A stretch of DNA of 61,723 nt, counting the filler, from Choristocarpus tenellus KU-1152 (taxonomy: Eukaryota; Protista; Phaeophyceae): NCBI GenBank assembly GCA_964200185.2. It is 9 parts of 9 records of this genome, joined end to end, with 100 filler letters (N's around TTAATTAATTAA, not from the genome) between each part and the next. Parts side by side here need not be neighbours in the genome. Positions count along the whole stretch, not along the records: positions 48,648 to 54,743 come from CAXNAD020008947.1; positions 54,844 to 58,094 come from CAXNAD020021260.1; positions 58,195 to 61,723 come from CAXNAD020019435.1; 6 more parts are not named here. One strand, written 5' to 3'. Position numbers and translations under genes: made by a program. The notes under the pieces were generated by a model. It was not told the DNA's origin and searched no databases. It saw only the letters and a program-made list of their open reading frames with translations. Below, piece after piece: positions 52,780 to 61,723 of this stretch; the first letter of the stretch is position 1; each line of letters starts with the position of its first letter.

Positions 52780-53964
52780 ATGGCGACAAGCTTATCACAA
52801 GAAGGAAACTTCGGGCCAGTGATGGGGCCCACCTCTTTGGCAGTGGGATCCATCCAACGCACATCGCACATCGGAAGAAGGAGAGGGACTGGAAACCATT
52901 CTCGATCACTACAAACCAACAGGCGTGGAGACGTCAGTCTGACGGTCGCAGCGCAAGGACTCTTTGCACAAAGTCTTACTCAACACCTGGGGAGGACCGA
53001 GAGTGAAATGGAAAGGCTTGGTGCTCGGGAACAGGAGTATGGTAGTGAGGTTAGGCAGCGCCAGGTTATGGGAAGCATTACTGCTCCGAGAAATTTGCGC
53101 AGGTGTGGCCCCGCGGCGTCAAAGGCTTTCATGCATTGCCTGATGCGTAATATTGTCATGAGAGTAGACCCACGGCGAAGGGGGGGCATCCGCTCGATGG
53201 TGCAACAGCTTCAGTGCGTGGCAAGCCGACCAGGTGCGAATCTGCGAATGGAAATAAAGCGCGAGGCCGTGGTCCTTCTTGGGCCCGAGTTGGCTAAGGA
53301 AGCGTTTGCGGCATCAATTCGCGAAGTCCGGCGCTACATCCGGACAGGTGGTCACAGCAATGGCACATCAATGAGGATCCCCCCTTTCCCTCTGCGTGAG
53401 AGACCATCCACTGTCGAGGCAAGGCATACACCTGATGGTGTTGACGAACTCTCCCTGTCACGAACTCAACGATCAGAGACTTTAGCAGCACGTTCTAATG
53501 CAGTAGTGGTGAGGACAGCAGGGGGGGAAACGGTACAAGGGAGGTCAGAATCTTCAGAGGAAGAGGAGGGTATCGACAGAACACCTGCAGCAGCAAGACA
53601 GGGTGGGAGTGGCGGAGGAGTTGCAGAGGTAGGTATCCTAGAACTGCCTAACCGAAAGAGGCACAGGAGCAATCACAATGCAAAAGGGGAGGATAACTCA
53701 GGGGATGATGAAGCAGTAACCGCTCCATTGCTACCACCAGAGGAGGTGGCAGAGCGTCTCCGGGCCTTGCACAAGGGGCCGCAGCACGAGGACTTCCACC
53801 TCTGCTGTGTCTGTATGGTGAGAGTACGAGATGCCACCCTCGTTCATGGCAAGACGGCACACCAGTCCTGCTGCTACGAATGTGCAATAGAAATTAAGGA
53901 ACGGGGACAGCTTTGCCCCTGCTGTAGGCAAAAGATCACCCTTGTGGTGAGGAACTACATTTGA
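52780..53964 (+). CDS. Intronless 394-aa protein with a C-terminal MDM2-type C2H2C4 RING (putative E3 ligase)
   Basis: Longest ORF in the window. C-x2-C-x10-H-x4-H-x3-C-x2-C-x10-C-x2-C with VHGKTAH, followed by a short hydrophobic tail. Confidence 0.87.
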   Translation: MATSLSQEGNFGPVMGPTSLAVGSIQRTSHIGRRRGTGNHSRSLQTNRRGDVSLTVAAQGLFAQSLTQHLGRTESEMERLGAREQEYGSEVRQRQVMGSITAPRNLRRCGPAASKAFMHCLMRNIVMRVDPRRRGGIRSMVQQLQCVASRPGANLRMEIKREAVVLLGPELAKEAFAASIREVRRYIRTGGHSNGTSMRIPPFPLRERPSTVEARHTPDGVDELSLSRTQRSETLAARSNAVVVRTAGGETVQGRSESSEEEEGIDRTPAAARQGGSGGGVAEVGILELPNRKRHRSNHNAKGEDNSGDDEAVTAPLLPPEEVAERLRALHKGPQHEDFHLCCVCMVRVRDATLVHGKTAHQSCCYECAIEIKERGQLCPCCRQKITLVVRNYI

Positions 53965-55252
53965 CTTCAACAGACTTGAGACAATGGGTGAGAGATGTTG
54001 ACCAGAAGAGAGGGGAGTACTTCTCACCCGGACTGCAGCGGCTTCCCTGATCACTGTCACCCCCTTGCTCAACATTGTGGCCAGGTGCCGGTGCTCTTGT
54101 GTGTCCTGTTAAATAGGAAATGTACTACTACATGAAAGGGATGACTGTTAAATGCCCCGATTTTTTTCAATCCTGTTTCTTGTTCAAAATGTGGTGTGCC
54201 CCTGCTGGCCAGGCTGCACATGTGTGCCAAACGCCTTGTGTCACTCCATGAACAGGGTTGCTTATGCGAGTGTTTGTTATTTTTTTTGTGGCGTCTATAA
54301 CTGCACAGCAGTGTTTCTCATACCGATACCAATGTGTTACTTAGCATTCTGATTATCATCTTTTGATGTTTTTCTAAGGGTAGTGTCGCAGGAAGGTGTT
54401 GTTGGTAGGGAAGGAAGATATAGGTATTGCTCCATACTAAAGATTACCCTTTGGCTTTGGAGTTGAACGTGCATGGAGCTCAAGTTCTATAGGAGAGAGC
54501 TCGGGTGGAGGAGTCAAGTGCATGTTGGTGAATATTGGCAGCAGTAAGACTTCATTCCCTGACGTACAAGTGATCCACTTATGAAGGGGGTGTGCAGTGG
54601 AGTGATGAACCATGAGATGTGCCTCATTTTGGAGAGGATTGTGTGTACTCTAGGTCTCCAGTGACTTTGATTGGAGGGATGTGGCAAAGATTGGTGTGTT
54701 TTGTCTTTTTGTGTTTTAGCTTATAGTATGTAGTGCAACAGGGNNNNNNNNNNNNNNNNNNNNNNNNNNNNNNNNNNNNNNNNNNNNTTAATTAATTAAN
54801 NNNNNNNNNNNNNNNNNNNNNNNNNNNNNNNNNNNNNNNNNNNGTACATGATGCAGCAGCGCGGGGACGGTCGAACGAGATGATATTGTTGAAGCATGAA
54901 GAACACATGTAGGTGGAGAAAGATAATGCAACTACGAATGCTGAATGTTGCAGTGTTGTTTGTATGCGGAAGCTTTCGCATGGTTAGAAGCAGTAGAGAC
55001 TCCGTAGTTAGTTATTGAGTTCCTTGAATCTCTTCAAGATTATAACCATAAGCATGTTACTTCTTTCCACCTATGACAAAAAATATCTGCAAGATGTCAG
55101 TGGGCATAAAAGGGTGCTATTACACAGTTACGATTATTAATGAAGTGAAGCTATCATCAGTGAATGATTGTTATATCAAGTGTGTTCAGACAATCCAACC
55201 AATATCCCCCTTATCAAGACCTAGCCAACCTCGTTATCTGAACCTTGCTTTA

Positions 55253-55510
55253 GAGTAAAAGTATCTTAGAGGGTACGAGTTTTTCCCTGTTTGTCCATTT
55301 AGGGCTTGGCTTCCCACGAGTTTTAATGACATTTTACCTACTCCAAAATGTTTCGGAGTTGGTAAAATGTTAACGTTATGAAAAGAAGTGTCCGGAACAC
55401 GGATATTGACATGTCCAAACATACATGATAGTCAAAATTACATCAAAATTGCAACATTGGATTTTGGTCGCCAAATGGACACGGCACTACCCTCTAAGAT
55501 ACTTTGACTC
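55253..55510 (-). mobile_element. MITE family A
   Basis: 258 bp, both TIRs, TSD TTTA at 55249-55252 and 55511-55514. Confidence 0.92.
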
Positions 55511-57199
55511 TTTAGCACTGCTATACGATTTGATGATGTTGATAAAGCAGGAGGTGAATAAGGTATATGATGGTGGGTAGACGGATGGACAACAAACTTG
55601 TCGGTTGTTCGTCAAAAGTTGTTTCTGTTTTTCAATTTACAGCCCAGACCCATCTATCCATGCTGTCGCTATTGTGTACAAACAAGGTAGAGAGGCTTCA
55701 GTATGGAGTGGCCCCGAGTCAAGTGCTGCACACAAGAAGAACTGAGGGAGAAGGGTGAGCAACGAGTAGAGGACAGCTGAACCCAAAGCACGAGCAAAGG
55801 GTACATCGGGCATCCGAATTAGTTGTAGTGCAAAGGCAGTTGGGTTCGCACCATTCAGAGCACAATTTGATCTTAAGGATTGACATTACTGTCACTAGAA
55901 ACTTAGATCTCCTTCTGAAGTATTGTGTAAACAGGGTACCAGATATAGTCAACGAATCGTCTGGCTGACGATTTTGAGGTTAAATCGTAGATTTGCCGAA
56001 ATAAATTGAAAATGTCGACACATTGCCACTGACAGAAGAAAATTTCTTGACGGTGACACTCTTCTCTGCTTCTCACCAAAAATCGTCTCACTCAGGAATG
56101 ATGGGTGGTGGTTGGAGGTGCTGTTGAAACACTAGACGGACTCCAGCAGGGGGCAATACTCCCGACCAGTGTCTCATGCGCCCCCCCAAGACTAAAAGCT
56201 AAGTCGGGGACCCCTCAGGCTTACTCCTATTGATCGAGCTCTTCCCTGCAGCTGCTGTCACCAACATGGATACCACCTGCGCCATTTTCCAAACTGTCCC
56301 CCTGTCCCCACCTCACCAACACCAGATGCCCCCACCCCACCACCAATCACGTCCAAGCACACATTCACAGTACAAGACGCACCCACAACCGACCTCACGA
56401 CAATCACACCTCACGCTGACTGCACAGCTCCTCCCCTGGCCAATCCACCCTGTCAAACATACCACCCACCACCTCTTGTCACACCTTTTTTATTACCCCT
56501 ACCCACCCCATCAGTGCCCCCGGCATTGGGAACCTCCATCTCCCTACAAATTGGCAAGCCACCTTCACTGGACTGTTGCAGCAACACTCATCATCACCTG
56601 GATTATTGTCCTCTTTGTCCTGCTGGTACCTGGATCGAGTCGTCATTTCTGTACTCCACCTGTGCTATGGCGACTACTGGCTGGCCTACAGTGACTATCC
56701 ACACCCACATCTACTGAATTACAATGGCCAGACACGGATTTCGGAGCTTGGATGCCTTGTACTCCTTAGACTTCTCCCCGTGTCCCCCCCCCCCAACCCA
56801 CCACCTTCCCATCCACAACACTTCCACACCTGCCCTTCGGTCTTTCCCTACACTTATCCACCACACTGTCAAGACCACCCCCATCCCCGCACCCTCCACA
56901 TTCTCTGCTCAAGATCCCCCCCCTATCTACACACCACACCTCCGGCCCAAGTCACACACCAAACCCACCACTGAACCTCGTCAAGACCCATACCACAGAA
57001 TGCTCATGGAAAACCTTAATACCAACCACATCTCCTGCTCAAGATTCTGACTACCCACAACACACACCAATGAACCTGGTCAAGACCTATTCCACAGAAT
57101 GCCCAAGCAACACGTTCATACCAACCAAATCTCCTGCTCAAGATTTCGACCACCCACACCACCAATCTTGTTCAAGCTCACCACAACCAACAACAAACG

Positions 57200-58030
57200 C
57201 TACTCTCGTGGGATCGAATCTCGCCGAGGTCACATCCGTCAAGAGGCTAAACACGCTGCCAGGATACACATCCGTCAAAAGGCTAAAACACGCCGCCAGG
57301 ATACACAACCTCACACTAGTAAACACCCCGCCGATGCCGGCCACTGATTAGAGGGATAGCAACCCGCGGGCGAAACCTCAACAAGTCTAACAACTTGCGA
57401 TCCCCAAGAGTAGCTTTTGTTGAAACACTAGTAAACCCCTGAGCCAGTTACATCCACCAACCATGCAGCAGGGCCCCTTGCCTGTTTGTTGCCTATTACC
57501 TTACCACCCACCACATATCGTTAAACATATTAGGAACATCACTAGTTGGGTGCTGGATGCTAGGAGGTCACCACTGACGATGTGGCACCTGTTGAAACAC
57601 TAGTAAACCCCTGCGCTACCGAGCAGGTAGTAACTAAACAAAAGTACCCTCGTGGGATCGAATCTCGCCGAGGTCACATCCGTCCAAAGGCTAAACACGC
57701 CGCCAGGATACACATCCGTCAAAAGACTAAAACATGCCGCCAGGATACACAACCTCACATTAGTAAATGCCCCGCAGAAGCCAGTCACTGATTAGAGGGA
57801 TAGCAACCTTCGGGCGAAACCTAAACAAGTCTTACAACTTGCGATCCCCGGGAGTAGCTTTTGCTCAACAGCTTTTGTTTCAACAGGTACCACATCGTTA
57901 GTGGTGACCACCTAGCATCCAGCACCCAACTAGTGATGTTCCTAATATGTTTAACGATATGTGGTGAGTGGTAAGGTAATAGGCAATAGGCAAGGGGCCC
58001 TGCTGCATGATTGGTGGGTGTAACTGGCTC
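57200..58030. repeat. Composite repeat A-B-A-B(inverted) containing an LTR-like unit at 57590-57870
   Basis: Direct repeat about 57200-57419 / 57645-57863; inverted repeat 57441-57599 / 57876-58030; unit bounded by TGTTGA...TCAACA. Confidence 0.8.
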
Positions 58031-59458
58031 AAAGTATCTGGGAGGGGGTGACAGCTGCCCATTTGGGGTCAATTTCTTCATGTCGCGATTTTTGNNNNNN
58101 NNNNNNNNNNNNNNNNNNNNNNNNNNNNNNNNNNNNNNTTAATTAATTAANNNNNNNNNNNNNNNNNNNNNNNNNNNNNNNNNNNNNNNNNNNNCCCGGT
58201 TATTCTCTTCGCCACCCTTGCCTGAGTGAACCACGCCGCCACAGAATCACACGATTCATACAACAGTATATTGAATTGGTAAAAAATGTCTAGATTCTAC
58301 TTCTACAACAGATTACTACGTAGAAGTACACTTTAAAGCACACACCCTTTGTAAAAGAGCCAAACACTAACACAGGGACCCAATCAGCATACTGTATACA
58401 TACGCATATTCTGACGGAAATTTTACATGTTTGCCGTGTAGTTTAATTTTTCCGTACACTAAAGGGAGCCAGTGCATATACAACAAGTAGCCAAGTACTA
58501 TTATTGCCCAATGCAGGGATGGTGGGGCCAAATGGATGCTTACGGCTGACTCTGTTGTTCATAGTGCTGAACATTTACTACACGATGTTCTTTCAAAATT
58601 CCAATCTACGTGACGGTTGTCAGTAGCCCAGATTGGACTAAGATATTGGACTTGAAGGCTAGAAACGAACCTCGTCTAGAAAAGTCAGATGACCTATATC
58701 TATTCCCAATGAGGGTGTGTGTATTCTGTATTTGGTCTCCCTGTAGTAATATCTCGTGATTTGCACGTTTTGCGGCCATCTGTGGGCAAAGTTGTCAAGT
58801 CTATCGACGCAAGCTATCGATACTAGGTCAGGAAAAGGCATCAACATGCACAGGAAAGGACCTGTATGTGACCATTTGGGCAATTTCACCATGGATCCCA
58901 ACTGCATATATCAAAACAAAAATGGGAAACATTACACATGCTTTACCCAGCCTTCCACACTGTGACATCTCTATCTCTCTCTCACGCTCTTTAATCAAAT
59001 TACTGTCACCATCTTGTATTTCTCAGGATGTAAACAAACAACAACAAATGATTGGCATTGACGTAGCGTTAAGGCTTTCTCAATTATTATCTATCTCCCC
59101 ATATCCCTTACATACTCCTACTTCTATGGGCATTTTGGGGTGTACAGCAGCTCTATTGGTGTGCAAAACCTCAATCAAATACCTGTACCACACACAGCAA
59201 GGAAAGGAAGAAGGTATCTGCCAAGAAGGTACAGTCGGGACCAACTCCAATTTTTTTGTCAATGGCTATTTACCCATTCGTTGGCGTTGTGTTTCTAGAT
59301 GCTGAAAATCATGAAGAGATGATGCAGGTGTGGACACGAGATCCATGAATACACATCTCTCCCACCTGATCTATGAAATATATTTTTAATTACCGTTATT
59401 GTCTTCGCATTTGTGTGGGGACATCCTGATCCATGGTCAGAGCCACTCACACTGCTCT

Positions 59459-59718
59459 AAGTCAAAGTAAACGAGAGGTACCCAGATATGCATTTTAAGG
59501 ATACTGGCAACTATGTTCAAAAGTCGGGGGTGGTTACAAATATGTGTAGGATATTCTGTGAATCATGTTGGAAAGGTTTCGAATAATACAAAAGTAAACA
59601 CTCCCAAGTCAAACTTAGAACTTCATTCATAGATATAAGAGGGAATCGTAAAATACTGGAAAACAGACTAAAAATGTAAATCGGTCAAAACCTGGGTACC
59701 TCTCGTTTACTTTGGCTA
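59459..59718. mobile_element. MITE family C (~260 bp)
   Basis: TIR gtcaaagtaaacgagaggtacccag / ctgggtacctctcgtttactttggc. Confidence 0.88.
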
Positions 59719-61723
59719 ACTACTTCTCATACTAGCTACTCAATAACAGTTGCACTACAAACAACAATCGTTCCTTTTCCTGTAGAATTGCAAGGAAATA
59801 TCTGTACCTGGTTGATCTATCCAAGTAAGCCGAAAAGCAAGATTTGTACACAACTGTTCTTTCCAACTAATTCACAACGCACTGCTTATAGATCGAGATG
59901 AGATAGGGATAGAAATGAAATATATAATTGCCTTCTTTTGACACATAGGGACAAATGATTCATAACATACATGTTGATCAAATGGTGAGTGATATATCAT
60001 ATTTGTACATCATTCCTCAACGCTGAGTTGTACTCAGTACAGGATTTGTGGTATAAAATATCCCCTGGATAGAAATTGCATCTTCACCCCTCCTTCAATC
60101 TTCACACAAAAATATTTGTACATATGATTATCCCACTTATTTGTGAAGCACAAATGAGGTAAATCATGACTTCTTCGATATGTGCATACTTCTTTTCGGC
60201 AATTGGATCTCAACTCCAAACTCTAACATTACCTGTAGCGGTCGTGCGTCTGTAGGACCACCTCGACGCAAAATGCAAGCCTCTTCTAGATAAATAGTAT
60301 TTCAGTGACAATATATTATACAGTAACTGCTCTCCAGTGCATACGTTGTGAAATCAATTTTGTCCCTGTACCATATAGAGCTAACTTTGACGGGTTGCAC
60401 TGGGCCTGGGACTTTCAGTCTTATGGAACGAAGAGCATGCGCATCACAAGGACTTATACCACCAGAGTAGTCTGCACTACACACTTCTTCTGCAGCATGC
60501 AGTTTGACCAAGTACTACCCGCTGCGTTTCAGCAACACCATGAGGAGTAGACCAGTCGTGGACTCTAAGTTGGTAAAACCTGTTTGGGGTTGCAGAAAGC
60601 GATAATGAGAAGGAGAACACCCCCCACCAATCGGTCGGAGTGCTTGGGCAGCGCCAAGAGGAAGGGTTCAAGCGGGGGACTGTGTGTTCTGTACCTGGGA
60701 GAAAAGAGTAGAAAAGGCTTGAGCAGTTTCAGGGGAAACGTACTAGGGGACCTGTCACTGTCTGGGTAGAAGGGGTGAATTTTGAAATGGGGGGGACAAG
60801 GAATGCCTGGGTAAATTTTGATGATGGGGCTTAGCATGGACGTGTACATGTGGGGTCTGTGCGTATGTTGACCTTCCATTGGCTAGTTATGAATTGTTGA
60901 AAGGAAATGATGGAATCACAGACCAGGGCACTGGAGGCTAGACAGCTACTAATAATAACCACATTCTCGGCCAACCGCCCCCTCAATCATCATGCTGAAC
61001 GAAGAGAAAAGAAAAGAAGAGAAGAGAAGGGAAAGTGGGTTGTCCAACAAACGTTTCAAGTACCCACTTAAGTCTTCCAATAGCTGCTAATATCTTTATC
61101 ATCAAGTCCGTTCTAGTTGTTCTTGTTGCGTAGTAGTGGTAGTACTAGTAGAAGTAGTAGTATGGTGATAGGTTATTCAACACATCCATCCAATTATCAA
61201 ACACAATTAATTATTGTTGTTATCACTATTACCTTTGCTCTACGACTACTACTAAATATCACTGCTACTCTTGCTACTATCACATACATGATGTGAGAAC
61301 ACTACTACTACTAAATATCACTACTACTCTAACTACTATCTTACTACTATCACATATGTGAGAACACAGATTTCAGAAAAAAAGGGAGTGAGTCAACAAT
61401 TTTGTGTTGGGAGATTCAGACAGAGGTAGATTCAGAGTGACGCACCCCATGTATTCGTATGCGTTTCTGATTGGCCACTGTTTGTACTACTACGTTGCGG
61501 CTTTACCACAGACTACTACTGTCCGATGCGACCAGCCTGATCAGTCTCAAGATCGACCATTATTCTTCAAACACCAACCTCGAAGAACATCCTTCTAAGT
61601 ACAACAACTTCGTAGATATTCAGTTTAGTGTGATCAGGAGGGCACCACTTCTACAATCGAAGCCAACCACATTTGAAAGAGGGCAGACTGAGAAGACTTG
61701 CGTCTCGCAACGGAGAGCATACG

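Noticed and set aside
56500-56720. CPLC...C...W as an L1/Tx1 zinc-finger relic (similar hint at about 11660-11740)
   Set aside because: Too degenerate, and no RT or endonuclease motif seen nearby.
58740-60520. Several small exon-like segments on the minus strand
   Set aside because: Plausible splice sites, but no verifiable reading frame or recognisable product.

Overview
Eukaryotic, intron-rich, repeat-rich DNA, most consistent with a brown alga or a close photosynthetic stramenopile (inference from spliced VPS13, ubiquilin and IFT139 genes, an RLE-type LINE of the kind seen in Ectocarpus, and TTAGGG-type interstitial repeats). The window is nine contigs joined by artificial N-TTAATTAATTAA-N linkers, so adjacency across linkers is not biological. 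Host genes: the 3' part of a VPS13-family gene, the 3' part of ubiquilin/DSK2, the first exon of IFT139/TTC21, a DUF819 exon, and an intronless gene ending in an MDM2-type RING. Main surprises: (1) a ~1.5 kb AT-rich patchwork of bacterial DNA (RutE-like nitroreductase, ISAs1, IS3, IS701 and DUF4272 fragments) inside a gap-free intron of the VPS13 gene; (2) a ~12.4 kb inverted duplication carrying two convergent copies of a secreted, cationic, 8-Cys peptide gene, one intact and one with a nonsense codon; (3) about 19 MITE copies from three families sharing a G(A/G)xxxAAAGTA terminus, with 4-bp variable TSDs supported by paralogous empty sites (Sola2-like). All family assignments come from motif recognition by eye, not database searches.
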